Of a DNA stretch of 64,000 bases, positions 1-12,631 are shown one piece after another. The DNA is from Eledone cirrhosa (Eukaryota). The first letter of the stretch is position 1, and the number at the start of each line of letters is the position of its first letter. The notes under the pieces are model-generated. The model was given only the letters and a program-made list of their open reading frames with translations, did not search any database and was not told the DNA's origin. Both the position numbers and the translations under genes were made by a program. The stretch spans positions 109,492,001 to 109,556,000 of the forward strand of contig OZ024743.1 of the NCBI GenBank assembly GCA_964016885.1, given 5' to 3'.

Positions 1-360
1 ATTATATATACAATATTATAACTCATAATATAGCTAAATAATTTTTAAATTCTGGAATCATATTCCACCTTTCCTACAAACTGTTAATTCTTTTTAAATT
101 CACGTAAATACAAGCTCCTCTTTCTTTCTTGTACTTCTTCCTACACGTACATACATCCTAATAATTATTTAAATCTACATAAAGTCTAAAAATAACATTT
201 TTTTCCGGCCCTATACCTCAACATCATTTGCATACTCATCTTAATAATTTGATATATTTGACTTGTCTTCACTTCTCCCTCTTTCCTTCACTATCCAAGA
301 ATAACTTGAACCGTTAAGATCCTATTCCTGGGTATGTCAATATTTATAAAACAAACTTTG

Positions 361-421
361 TATTTTATCTGAAGAGAGCGTAGCAATGTGTTGGTCGCCT
401 TGAAATATATATAATAGAATA
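361..421 (+). ncRNA. Minimal type I hammerhead ribozyme (family A) in a PLE-type terminus
   Basis: Stem I TATTTTAT(361-368)/ATAGAATA(414-421); CTGAAGA 369-375; imperfect stem II; GAAA 402-405; TATATA stem III; AUA cleavage triplet 411-413. A related terminus lies inverted at ~39420-39655. Confidence 0.7.
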
Positions 422-556
422 AATATGGTTTTATAAATGTAGCTTCCATCTATTTAATATCATTGAATATTATACATCTGAACATTTTTCGAGTGCTTTG
501 AATCAGCTATAAATATTTATATTTGTTGAATTACCAACAAATTGAATATCATTTTG

Positions 557-590
<34 letters not shown>

Positions 591-677
591 GGAAAAATTT
601 GAACAGGGACAAAACAGAGAGGCCGTACAATAAATGTTTATTAATTTCAAGCTCAAGAGAGTGGGGGGTAGGTGGGG

Positions 678-708
678 GTCGACGTTTCGGGCATAAGCCC
701 TTCCTCAG
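678..708 (-). ncRNA. Hammerhead-like motif at PLE 3' terminus
   Basis: Reverse complement reads CTGAGGA-A-GGGC(TTAT)GCCC-GAAA-CGTC. Stem I pairing is weak. Confidence 0.5.
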
Positions 709-1277
709 GTGAGAAGTGTGTGGGAACAGAGTTCAAAAGGTGTGTAGGGTAGTGGTGGAGAGACATATAGCGAAAGGAAACGGTGCGAATGAAAAATTAA
801 CAAATAAAGATAAAAAATAAAAATAAAGATGATCAAAATACAAGGAATGAGAAAATTTAAGAATAAAGGCATGATCAAAATAAACTGAAATTAAAAGGGG
901 GGTAAACAGGTGGTGGAAGGGTGTGGGGTGAGTAGGGGTGGTGGCGGGTGGAGTGGGGAGAGGGAGACGGGGTGTCCGATCGGGGAGGGCTGAAGGTGGT
1001 GTGTGTGTGTGTAGGTGTGCGTGTGTGTGTGTGTGTGTATGTGAAAGTAAGGGTTGGGGGAAGAACGGGGTTGTATGTTCAGGAAGAGGTGTGTGTGGGG
1101 GGTGTTTTTGTGGGTCGGAGTGTCTGTACGTGTGTGGATAGGGAGGTGGGGGAGAGGAATCTGGAGGCTGAGGGTGTAAATATGTGGTGGGAAGCACGTG
1201 TGTTTGGGGTTTAAGCGTGTTGTGGGTGTGGGTGGCGTGTGGAGAAAAAATTGTTTTGGGGTGTGTGTGTGGGTGAG

Positions 1278-1345
1278 TTATATAGGTGATGACGTAAGAG
1301 GATGGTTGAAAAGTTGGTAAGTTCCAAGGATGTTAGGAGGATTGG
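1278..1345 (-). promoter_or_regulatory. Candidate Pol II promoter in PLE 3' region (CCAAT, CRE-like site, TATA)
   Basis: In minus-strand order: CCAAT (1341-1345), TTACGTCA (1290-1297), TATATAA (1278-1284). Confidence 0.3.
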
Positions 1346-1879
1346 TTATAAGTCAATTTCTGCGTGTGGGTAATCCATGAAGCGGTAGTCGGAAGAGGAC
1401 AGATGTGGGGTGAGCGCGCAACAGGAAGTGGTCAGCAGTGGGAGTGCTGTGGTCTGTTGGTGCTGGGAGGTGGTCAGAAGGGCATAGCAGCAGTCGGTGG
1501 AATGGTAGGAGGGCGAGGATGGGTAGGTGTGAATGTTGGAGTGAGGAGGGTGTGTGTGTGTGTGTGTGTATTAGTAGGGGTGTTAGTGGGGGTTGGTGGT
1601 GTACGAGGGTGTGTGGGTACGTGTGCGTGGGGTTGGGGGGTGTTAGTGATATTAGTTGCGTGTGGGGTGGGTGGTGTAAGTGGGTGCGTGTGTGCGTGTG
1701 ATAAGGAGGGGGAGGAGGAGAAGAGGGGAGGGAAGGGATGTTAGTATGTTAGTTTGGGAAGGGTGGTCAGATGAGGGTGGGGTGGAGGTGTTAGTATTGT
1801 TAGTGTGGGGTGGGCGGTGAATAGGAGGGGTGTGTTAGTGGTGTTAGTGGGGGATAAGTGTGGGGGGAGGGGGGCGGTC

Positions 1880-3072
1880 GAACGCTAAAGGAATAAGGGT
1901 GGGGAGTTCAGGCCGGGGGGAGTGTGGGTCTGTAAGATGAAGATAGTTCGTTGTTCGACCGTAAGGCGATGGGCGGGTGTTCCGTGGCACTGGAGTAGGC
2001 CACAGACTGTGAGATGGCGTGCGGAGTGTCCAGGGGCACCAAAGTGGCGGGCGATGGGGTAACTGCCCCCGAGACGAATATCCCGGAGGTGCTCCGTGAC
2101 TCGGTCCGCCAGACGACGTCCCGTCTGTCCGATATAAGTAGACTAGGTTGGAGGAGGTGCAGCGGAAGGCATGCCGGACCGAGAGAGAGTGGCCGTTGGG
2201 ACCCTGGAAGGTGGTGGTGTTGGTGATCTGGGGACAGGTGTTGCAGCGGGGCCTAGAACAGGGAAAGGAACCGGGGAGAAACAGAGCGTGGGTTGGGGGT
2301 AGGGAGCTGTGGGCGAGGAGGGTGCGGAGATTGAGTGCGCGTTTGAAGTAGGGGAGTGGTGGGGTTGGGAAGGTGTGGGAGGTGGAGGGGTCGGACTGGA
2401 GGCGTCGGAAGAGGCGGCGGATGGTGCGGTGGAGGGGTAAGGTGGAGGGTTGGTAGGTGATGGGGAAGGGGAGACGGTGGGTGGGTGTTCGGTGGCGTGG
2501 GGTGAGGGTGGTGGAGCGGGGATAGCACGGGCGCGGGTGAGAGCGGTGTAGACGAGAGAAGGGGGGGGGGGTAACCTCTGCGGATGAAATGGCTGACTAG
2601 GGAAAGGGCATGGGACTCGAAGTCAGCATCACGGCTACAGAGGCGGCGGATCCTGAGAAGTTGGGATTAGGGAATGGAGTTATTAGTGTGGGTGGGGTGG
2701 GAAGAGGTGAAGTCGAGGTAAGAGTGGGATTTGGTGGGTTTGAAGAAGGCGGAGGTGACGAGGGAGTGGTGCGAGGGGTCGAAGGCGACGGAGATGTCTA
2801 AGAAGTGGAGGTGGGTGGTGGAGATAGAGGTGGTGAAGTTGAGGGAGGGGTGGAAGGAGCAGAAGAAGGAGAGAAAGGAGTCGAGCTGTTCTCGGGTGAG
2901 GGTCGTGGTTCCGATACAGTCGTCAATGTAACGACCGTACAGTTCGGGCGTGGGGCCGGTGTACTGGGCAAAGATTTGGGCCTCAACATTGCCAACAAAA
3001 AGGTTGGCATAGTTCGGGCCCATTCTTGTGCCCATGGCTACCACCGTGACCTGTTGGTAAAACTCACCCGAG
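1880..3072 (-). pseudogene. Disrupted PLE reverse transcriptase + GIY-YIG endonuclease
   Basis: Frameshifted RT; minus-strand translation CTSSNLVY..YIGQTGRRLADRVTEHLRDIR..HF..LTVEQRTIFILQTHTPPGLN. The segment between NLVY and YIG appears deleted. Confidence 0.85.
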
Positions 3073-3537
3073 AAGTAATAATATATAGTAATAATAATAA
3101 ATATATAGTAATAATAATAAATTTGATGACTAAAAGCCAAAGAAGGCTCGATAAGGATAAATATATATCAAATATATAAGAACCGTAGAGCAAATATTTA
3201 TTAAAATAACAGATTAAAGTTTGAACATAGAATCGCTGCTTTCACCCTTAACGGGGTTTTCTGAAACTAAAAAAGTCAATCTGTGAACGCAGAAGTAAAT
3301 ATTTCAAAAAACGTTGCAACCGAAGGAAGACAGGAAGACGATACTTTGGTTCGTGGAAACGTTCCCTGGCAAAGAACGGAAAAAGAACGAAGATAATACG
3401 TCATTATTTGGAGTGGTGAAAACAATTACTCGCAAAGACAAAACCACGTTTATGGTATAAATGAAGTCGTAGACTAATATTCTATTAGGTGGTTCATGGA
3501 GACGTTCTCTGGGAATGGACAGAAAAACGAACATAAT

Positions 3538-3616
3538 ACCTCATTACGGGGTCGATAAAATAAAGTACCAGTAATGTACTGGTTAATTTTTAGCTTTGTG
3601 CTAAAAGTAGAAACAA

Positions 3617-3617
<1 letters not shown>
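3538..3617 (+). mobile_element. SINE, 3' part
   Basis: GGGGTCGATAAAATAAAGTACCAG core plus TTTGTGCTAAAAGTAGAAACAATT tail shared with other copies. Confidence 0.75.
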
Positions 3618-3665
<48 letters not shown>

Positions 3666-3745
3666 ATGTGTGTGTGTGGCTATTTATCTGTCTATCTAAC
3701 AATCTCTCACTGTCTCTGTCTCTCTCTAAATATAAAATACAGTAA

Positions 3746-3838
3746 GTACATTACTGGTACTTTAATTTATCGACCCCCGTAAGGATGAAAGGCAAAGTTA
3801 ACCTCGGCGGGATTTGAACTCAGAATGGCAAGGACCAT
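3746..3838 (-). mobile_element. tRNA-derived SINE, partial
   Basis: Reverse complement has B-box GAGTTCAAATCCC and core CTTTCATCCTTACGGGGGTCGATAAA. Confidence 0.8.
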
Positions 3839-3883
3839 AATAGATGGTGAATAGGAAGGCTGTTGTTGTTGCTAATTAAGGAA

Positions 3884-4640
3884 GCCTTAAAATCAAGAAG
3901 AAAGTAAGAACGGGAGGTGGGTTCCTCATCAGTTGTCTACTGCGGGTCTCAAATATTCCAACGCTTTAAAAACAACATATCTACCCCCAGCGCGTTCAAT
4001 AACTAGGTAGGTTTTTGGAAAAATGGAGGAGAGAGGGAAGGAAAATAGAAATGGAAAAGCGGAAAAAGGGGAAGAAAAGAGAAAAACAGCGAAAAAACAA
4101 CAAACCGGAGAAGGTGCGACCAACTTCAAGAAATAAAATCAAAGTTCACAACGGTGCTCAACGTAAGTTCTAAAGCGTGTGGACGAAGAAAAGACTCGTC
4201 TGATCCCAGCGAGTGTAAGTGAGAAAAGGACTGCTAGAGAGTCAGGCCAAGGAAACAATGGGGTGTCTGGAAGAAAGAGTGAGTGAAAGTGATAGGGAGA
4301 AATGGAGAGGAAGAAAGCAATGAAATAGGTATTTCAACGCTTTAAACACAATATATCTACCCCTGAGAACTTGGATTTTCTTTCTTGAAGTTGCTCGCAC
4401 AGGCTCCGGTTTGTGGTTTTTTGCACTGTTTTTCTCTTTTCTTCCCCTTTTTCCCCTTTTCCTTTCTAATTTCCTTCCCGCTCTCCTACATTTTCCCAAT
4501 AACTTACCTTATTATTGAAGGTGCTGGGGGTAGATATATTGTCTTTAAATCGTTGGAATATCCGAGACCCTCAGTAGACAACTGATGCTGACAACTAAAC
4601 CCCCCGCCCACATGCTTGCTTCCTTCTTCATTTTAAGCCT
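3884..4640. repeat. Inverted repeat pair (3884-4147 / 4367-4640) with a short direct copy of the arm in the spacer
   Basis: Arms are diverged reverse complements (ORFs 3929-4129- and 4385-4585+ translate alike); 4330-4363 repeats 3954-3987. Confidence 0.85.
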
Positions 4641-4659
4641 GTATATATATATATATATA

Positions 4660-5340
4660 TATCAACTAGACATTGATTGACATACATATATATATATATA
4701 TCTAAAATAAACATATGAAACAATCACAGGGAATAATTTGTAAAAGTGTGTAAACACACATAGTTAGGTGGGTAACTAATTAAAGTTTAACTAGAATTTC
4801 AAAAATAGATACCTCATAAATTGATCAATCTCCGTTCTATATATTTCATTAAAGAAATATTTTTCACCATTAATCGATCGGTAAAGCACAGTAGCCAAAA
4901 TACGGATTTTCAACAAGGGAGAAGATCGAACTATCTATGTTTAAACAGCAAATTCAAATCTGCAAATGACTAGCAGCACGTGTTGCATTTTTTTTAATAG
5001 ATACATCGCACCAGCTTCATACCAGTGACGAGCATAGGGTTATCGACAACTAGAAATAACGGCCGAGTCCTTTCAACTGAGTTAGCTCTACATTTAAGAG
5101 GCCGTATATATATCCATGCGTCAAATCCACTGTAAAATATGCTCCAAGATGCCAAAGAATACATTCGAGTATTTTATATCAACTAAAAATTGATTGACAT
5201 ATATATATATATCTAAAATAAACATGAAAAATCACAGGGAATAATTTGTAAAAGTGTGTAAGCACACAATAGCTAGGTAGGTAACTAATTAACGTTTAAC
5301 CAGAACTTCAAAAATAGATACCTTATAAATTGATTAATCA
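4660..5340. repeat. ~170 bp direct repeat (4660-4830 / 5177-5340)
   Basis: ATCAACTA..ATCACAGGGAATAATTTGTAAAAGTGTG..AAAAATAGATACC occurs twice. Confidence 0.85.
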
Positions 5341-5388
5341 GTGGATATGGCGCATGTCTCTCCGACATGATACCCTTAATTTAATTTT

Positions 5389-5426
<38 letters not shown>

Positions 5427-5693
5427 AGATCTGTTAAGGGTGAAAGCAGTGATTCTTTGCTTAAAGTTTAATCTGTTATTTTAATATATATATATATGAG
5501 CGTCTGCACGAGTATGTGTATGTATGCTTTTATGAATATATTTATTTTGCTGAGACAAACATGTGTGATGGCGTTCACATTGTTAAAAATTCATAGCGAA
5601 ACACGTTTAAATGCTTTTATATAAATATCTCATATATCATTCGATATACTGCACGTGAATACATACATCAGTCTCTACATTGGAGCACCAGTA

Positions 5694-5749
<56 letters not shown>

Positions 5750-5840
5750 ATATCTGATGATATACGAGATGTTTATTTAAAAAAACATTTGAAAGCATTT
5801 CACTGTGAATGCACACACACACACACACACACACACACTC

Positions 5841-5875
<35 letters not shown>

Positions 5876-6414
5876 TATCGGAAAATATCTGTACAACTAA
5901 GAAATAGAGAATGAAAATTATATGTAATCACTGTTGACCTAAAAGACTCTGTGTTATCAACGGATATAACTGGATGCATGTAATGCACCCACTTTACACA
6001 GGAAAAATATATTACCTTTTGCACACAATCAATTTATTTTCGTTTCTTTCTTTCTTATAGCTATTACCAATCGTCAGTCATAAGTGTGCATATTTTCTCT
6101 CTTCGGTTTAATCATGTCTTTCTTATATGCTTTTTCAACGCCATTTTAATGCATTTTGTAAGGATCCAGGAATTAAAAACATATACAAACATGATGTATC
6201 CCACATGCATACGCAATCACAACATAAGGAGTATAAAGCCTTTAGGATTACGTTGAGTTACACACAGAAAGACACGCAAACACACTCTCTCTCTCACGCA
6301 CACACACAAACACACTCACACAGACATGCACGTCAAATTGCATGCACACTAAATATGACGGACATGTAAATGCCCATACATTCTTGCAAGTAATTCAATA
6401 GGATCTAATTTACA

Positions 6415-6600
6415 CACAAGCGTAGCAATTGTTGGGGGGGGGGGGATTTAATTCGACTTCAGTACATAGCTACTAATATATTTTATCGATTAAGAAATGA
6501 GGTAGGGCAAATTTGACGCCTGTGGGGTTTCAACTTATACTGTTCAAAGGTGGAACACATGGCTCTAAGGATGTAGCTATTGCTCTAAGGATGCTAATCC
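6415..6600 (-). mobile_element. Highly diverged SINE copy
   Basis: Degenerate TTTTATCGA..GGCAAATTTGAC..GGGGTTTCAACT matches the SINE core and B-box region. Confidence 0.45.
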
Positions 6601-6983
6601 ACTGCCCTTGAGAGAAACAAATTGATGGCGAGAGTTCTTAACCAAAAATGTTTCTTCAAATACTTAATAATGGAGATTTTATATATTCGATCGTATCAGC
6701 AGCCATATATAAATAATAATGTGGTAATAAGCTTTAGAAAATATGAATTTACATGGTTTGGTCACCGAGGGAATATATTCAATTGTCATACTACCCTATC
6801 AGAACAAATTTAGTATAAAATTATGAATCTATCTACTCTATTTAGATATTTATAATATCTATCTACTTGTGTCTAAAATACCACATTAAAATATACCATA
6901 TCAAAATAGTCACACTAAAATGTATACTTGGAATTGGATAACAATCTTAAATTGCTTATAATATCCTCTGCTTCACAAACATG

Positions 6984-7162
6984 TCAGTATCGGTAGAGAG
7001 GCAGACGCCAGATTTGCCGCATAGAGTTATGGCCCTTTAGGTTCTGAGTTCAAATTCTGCCACGGTTAATTTTGCTTTCATCCTTACGGGTGTGATAACA
7101 TAAAGCACCAGTAATGCACTGGGGTATTTGCTTCCGTTGTTCCAAAAAGTAGAATCAATTAT
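6984..7162 (+). mobile_element. tRNA-derived SINE
   Basis: CAGTATCGGTAGAG head, GAGTTCAAATTC B-box, CTTTCATCCTTACGGG core, AAAAAGTAGAATCAATTATT tail. Confidence 0.85.
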
Positions 7163-7456
7163 TATACACATTCTTCTAACGGGAGCAACTGTCAACGTTT
7201 ATCAAACCATGTTGATCGGATCTTCCCATAAATAATATTTCTTCAATACTCACTTATACTTATAATAATAGAGTATAAGTATATCCACACAGTGCAGATC
7301 GAGAAACTTGTATACGTACTTTTATTGATAACTCACAAAGCAACTCTAACACCTATAAATACTACGTATAGGCTTTCTTTATTCTTTATTATTCATAACA
7401 CACGCATGCACATATGTATCGATAGTTTCATCTTTTTTCCTTACGTATTTTACCAT

Positions 7457-7655
7457 TGGATTAGCAGTATCGGTAGAGGGTCGGACGCCATACCTTGCAG
7501 CATAGAGTTACGGCTCTTTGCTGTCTGAGTTCAAATCCCACCGAGGTTAACTTTGCCTTTCACCCTTACAGGGTCAATAAAATGAAGCACCAGTAAAAAC
7601 AAAAAAGCACTGGGATTTATTGCTGGCCTTGTGCCAAAAAGAACAATCAATTATT
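7457..7655 (+). mobile_element. tRNA-derived SINE, near full length
   Basis: Same head, B-box GAGTTCAAATCCC, core and GGCCTTGTGCCAAAA tail as other copies. Confidence 0.85.
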
Positions 7656-7711
7656 AATTGTTATGAGTAGATTTATAATAGGCTACATGAACACCTACTG
7701 ATGTCAATTCT

Positions 7712-7844
7712 GACTACTACTACTACTACTGCTGCTGCTGCTACTACTACTATTGTTGCTGCTGCTGCTGCTATTAATACTACCGCTACCACCAACACCA
7801 CCACCACTAACACTATTACAACTACCCCCACCACCACTACCACC

Positions 7845-7885
<41 letters not shown>
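7712..7885. repeat. Compound trinucleotide microsatellite (ACT/GCT/ACC)n
   Basis: Directly visible. Confidence 0.95.
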
Positions 7886-7887
<2 letters not shown>

Positions 7888-8599
7888 AACTCTTCTAATA
7901 GAACATTCTCTAACTCTTGAAACTAAAACATTAGTAGTAATTTTTTCTGGTATCAACAGCCTGTTTTTGGTGTCAGACCATCCATCCATCCAACACAAAC
8001 AGAAGAAGCTTCGAAATACACTTGTATAAGTTAATGGTAGACTTGTTGTTGTTAATGACACTGGTGCCGTCTTTGCCTTCCTCTTGTTAATGGTGAAGAT
8101 ATAGAGCGAAATACAAAATCCACCAGCAGACAATTATATAAAAAAAGTATCTAGAAATAAAAGTCAACATTTCTGTCTGGGATATAAAGATTTGTTTTAC
8201 ATTTTCGGAAACAACGTAACGATATTTTCAATGGACGTGCTTACAATATTTGAATATAACTGAACCGTCGTGTCATTTAATTTGAAAAGTGGAACAAAGT
8301 AAAAGGAGAATAGTGAATTTGGAGTGTCAATCCCTTGCGTGCCATAACATCAAACAAATGTGAAGAAAAACAACCTCCTAGTGACAATGTGAATCCTACT
8401 CTTCCAAATACCTGAAATACTGACCGTTCTTTGAACTGCCGACAGCATACTCGAATTAGAACATTTCTAAAATTTCTAATTAACCAAAAGTGGAACGATG
8501 AAGAAGATGAGTAAAAATCACCAAATAGGATTGAATGCGGTGGATAGGATACGTTGCTGATCTCCTAATCTCGATCAAAACAGCATCTTCTGATGTACA

Positions 8600-9950
8600 C
8601 GAGGTTCATATGTGAGCGGTGACTGATCTCTAGGAGGCTAAGTTCACAAGAGCAGTTACTGATCTCAAATGTGCAAGGCCGCTAGGAAAGATGAAATCTG
8701 ACCCGAGTGGTTAAAAGCCTTAAATAGATAAGGAATTCCCTGGAAGACTCGTGTTTTCCGGGTGGCCTGGATCTCTGAAAATGCACATATGCAATGGCAA
8801 TTGAGAGTGATAATCCCAATTTTCAAGAAGGGAGTAAAAAAAATTTTTTTTTCAATTACGGAGGGATCTCCTTTTAAAGCCTTCCCGGTAAAGTCTCCGT
8901 TAAGTGTCTGGCAAAGAGATGTAGGAAGATGGTCGAGTCCAAGCTTCATACCGATTTCGCCCAGAACGCACCACAGGCGGCCAAATATTCACACTGCGGC
9001 AGGAGAATTGCCGAGAGGTATATTATTCTTTTTTAAACCTCTAAATGGAATATATCCACATTCCTCGAGACCTGCTGGGGAAAGTTTTGCAGAATGCTGG
9101 AATAGATGCTCAACTGCATGTTGCCCTGGTGGCACTATACGAATGGCAGCGTATTTGTGTTAAGATACATGGTGTCAAATCGAAGACATTCAATGTAGAA
9201 GACGGACTCCTCCAAGGGTGGGTACTGTCACTTCTGTTCATAATTTTCATGAATAGGATTGATAGGCGCAGCTCGGTTGGAAATATTATCATGACTGACT
9301 AGCAGATGTAAAAATCTGTCGACTGAAATTTGCAGATGACATGGTGTTACTTACTCCGACAGAAGGTGATTCTGACGTGCGCTTGATATGTTTGACGAAG
9401 AGTGCTGCATGGCTGGAATGAAAATCAGTGCTGCGAAATCTAAGATAGTCGTCTATTCAAGGAACACTTGGCAGTGCACTTTATATGTGGATGAAGTTCT
9501 ACTGAAACAGGTGCAGACGTCCAAGTATCTCGGAGCTTTTTTATAGTGATTGAATACAAGAGGCTGAATTGAGTGAAATAATTCAGCATTCGGTACTCAA
9601 AAGAAAGAAGGTAAGCATAAAAGCTAAACTCGCTATCTTCAAATCGGTTTTCGTGCCAACCCCTACATATGGTCATAAATCTTAGGTGTTACGTAAACGT
9701 ATATGATCGCACATACAAGCGTCTGAAATGGGGCTTTTTCGAAGGATCTTCGGGGTAAGGTTACTCGATACAGTGCGTAGCTCGGAGATAATAGATTCAA
9801 ATTTATAGCCGTTACTTCTCCGAATTCAGAGATCACAGCTCTGATACTATGAACATCTATTTAGAAGGTTTCAGGGCATAATTGCTGAACAAATTTAACG
9901 GGCAAAACGAACCGGAATGTAACGCATGATATACTCCGAGCAAGACGAAT
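8600..9950 (+). mobile_element. Degenerate RTE-clade LINE (RT and C-terminus)
   Basis: PEWLKAL, WQLRVIIPIFKKG, SLPGKV, GLLQGWVLSLLFIIFMNRI and LKFADD motifs with many stops and frameshifts. Confidence 0.85.
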
Positions 9951-10858
9951 GTGTGAGACTCTACTCCCCCACCCTCTGTGGAGTAAAATCTACCTATTTT
10001 GTCTCCCTTTCTCCCCTCCTATCTATCTATTCATTTGTTTTTCCCCCTCTCACCCCCTCTTCCATTTTATTAAAATTACTGTTACTGATACTTACACTCT
10101 ATTGACACCTATTGCTGTGGCTCTTCCAACCGGTTTAACATATACTCTTGTTTCCCCTCGCCTTGGTATAAACTTACCCCACTACTCTCTTGTTCTATTC
10201 CAGCGTCAGACCAACAGAAATATAGGTTCTGTTGAGCCGGCTAGCCTTATATACATGACTTATTTTTCTCCCGAGAAACCGTTTTGGTTTAGAAGGAAGC
10301 TGATGATTTCATATGACGCTAAAGTTCTATTTTTCTTACCAGTTTAATTCCTTCATCCATTCTCAATATTTTTTATTTATTTTTCGCAATTCTCAAAGGT
10401 TCTGTTCCATCGCTCTCATTTTCACTTTTCTTTTCTCATCTTCTTTTCACTCTCTCTATAAACCTCTCTCATATCCGACTCTCATTCACACTTTCTCTAC
10501 TGCACTCCGTTAAATATCTGGTTATATCTTATCTCGACTTCTTACTATACATATAGTATTCAGCTATTTACAACTAATCTTCGACCTGAGGATCGTACAA
10601 TCTATGTATATAGTAAGGGTGTCATTAACGGAGATCGAGGAAATAACATCAACGAGTTTAGAAAACATCGAATGTATATATATAATAATAATAATGATAT
10701 TATTTATAGTTATTTATATACTATAAACAGGAAAGGTCAGTAATTTATTACCACCTTATCACCGGTAAGGGAAATAGCTCAATGTAAGAACATCACGTGT
10801 TTTACAGATCAGGAATATAAATTACACAAATATCAAAGTTATGTTCAAATCATTTAAT

Positions 10859-10905
10859 TGCTGACAATTGTCTCTTCCAAACTTTCGTTTGGAGTCATCG
10901 GAGCA
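10859..10905 (-). ncRNA. Minimal hammerhead ribozyme with mutated core
   Basis: TGCT-CCGATGA-C-TCCAAAC(GAAA)GTTTGGA-A-GAGA-CAATTG-TC-AGCA; two core substitutions. Confidence 0.6.
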
Positions 10906-12477
10906 TTATCAATGTTTGTACATATAATTAACCTCCTATTCAACTGAACATTCATATAGATATATATATATTGATGTTGTGATCAACAGTTTCGTATTTA
11001 CAGGGTGTAATGGATGCGACATATATTATACGAGAATTGTACAACATTTCAAATTAAAATTAAAAGCACAGAGTGGAATACATGCAACAGATAATACAAG
11101 AGAATAGTCTAATAATTAAAGAGGCATGGAGAAAGAATGAAGACACTAGCAGTACATATTCTAGCGTGTAGAGAGTGCACATGCGTTAGTCATATTTATG
11201 AGAAGGAAACTAACAAAGGTATTAGGCATATATGACTACTGTATGGCAAGGTATTACATAAAATACATACACTTTAAGCGAATATGTTAGTGTATTAAAA
11301 TTATGCAGGATATAATGCGATAATAGTTTCTGTAGAGTTCAAATTTGTATGTGTGGAGAATATGAAAGTTATTGATTTCCTATCCATTACATATGTTAAA
11401 TTATATTTTAGTTGATGTTTGTATTGAATGTTTTTAGTTAGTTATAGTAATGGATTGTAAATTGGTCTTATTGTATTCTTATTCATGGATTATAGTTTTT
11501 CTACAGCGAGATTTTCTAACGGTTTAATTTCTGGAAGTGAATATGGGATCCAAAATTAAGGGGAGCTAATGCGTAAGGGGTGGTAACTAGCTCAGTAAAT
11601 TAAACTATTTAAATTCTTTGCTCTAATAGACATTATAAAGTGTCACAATTGAATCCCTTTTACATAATGTTATATATTTATATTTAATTTTAAATACAGT
11701 CTATTCTCCCATAATATATTAAAGGTTTCATTAGATTATTATCTATCCATTACTAGACAAGATATAAGTTATGGAACAGTGTATAGCTGTTTACATGTCC
11801 AATTAGTTAAATTCCTTATGTTAATAATGTAATCCTTTATATACAATGCTATTAATTTATATATTTAATTATAAATGTATATATAATACATTATCACATA
11901 TTACATTTAATGTCTCTACATATTATATATCCATTACTATATTATAAGTATATACTATAAGTATATATTATAAGTAATCTGAAGTAGTTATATTAAAAGG
12001 TGGTGACTATATGTTTATATCCAATAGTTATTGTAGAGTATAAGGTTTGAGATAAATAGGAATTGCGTAGAGGAAAGAGCTGATCATAGAGTGTGATGAT
12101 GTGGGGTAAGAAAAGTCCTAGAGGTGAAGTATTAATGGTGGTGAGGAATTCAAATATGACATTATTATATACTAGCTGCTAGGTTTAAAGTTATGGAATG
12201 GGTGTCGGTAGTGGTGCTGGCGTGAGGGAAACACCTCTGATTTCTTTTTATTGAGGAGGTCTAGTTTCGAAAAGATTATAGTACGGGCCTCTAGTAGACA
12301 GAGGTTACATAATTTATTCGGTGGTTTATATGATCTGGCCCTACCTACTACTTCCCATTGAAGTGTGTGTGGTCTATTCCTAGTTTTCAGATAGTATATG
12401 TAACTAGATAATGAAGTGGAGGTTAAGTATATGTAGGTTAATTATAGGAGGTTAATTATATGTACAAACACTGATAA

Positions 12478-12524
12478 TGCTCTGATGACTTCAAACAAAA
12501 GTTTGGAAGAAACAATTATCAGCA
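12478..12524 (+). ncRNA. Minimal hammerhead ribozyme (inverted partner of 10859-10905)
   Basis: TGCT-CTGATGA-C-TTCAAAC(AAAA)GTTTGGA-A-GAAA-CAATTA-TC-AGCA; core intact, stem III pair broken. Confidence 0.7.
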
Positions 12525-12567
12525 ATTAAATGATTGGAACATAACTTTGATATTTGTGTAATTTATA

Positions 12568-12629
<62 letters not shown>

Positions 12630-12631
<2 letters not shown>

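Larger units (their letters stand above)
590..3072 (-). mobile_element. 5'-truncated Penelope-like element (Neptune-like) with long low-complexity 3' region
   Basis: RT core (VAMGTRMGPNYANLFVG, YGRYIDD, FLDI, YLDFTSSHP) at 2667-3072, then GIY-YIG at ~1890-2160, ending in a CTGAGGA...GAAAC terminal motif near 680-708 and (TA)n. Confidence 0.9.
10815..12568 (-). mobile_element. 5'-truncated Naiad-type PLE with an inverted copy of its 3' terminus
   Basis: Minus strand 12225-12420 encodes STSLSSYIYYLK..LQWEVVGRARSY..CNLCLLEARTII..LLNKKKSE (GIY-YIG C-terminus); inverted arms 10815-10938 / 12445-12568. Confidence 0.8.

Noticed and set aside
733-1744. Pro/His/Thr- or Gly/Val-rich ORFs
   Set aside because: Strand-biased low-complexity PLE 3' region with no domain motifs.
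7457-7545. tRNA gene-like A/B boxes
   Set aside because: Head of a multi-copy SINE; no cloverleaf.
7673-7889. Poly-Thr/Ala mucin-like ORF
   Set aside because: Trinucleotide microsatellite with no gene context.
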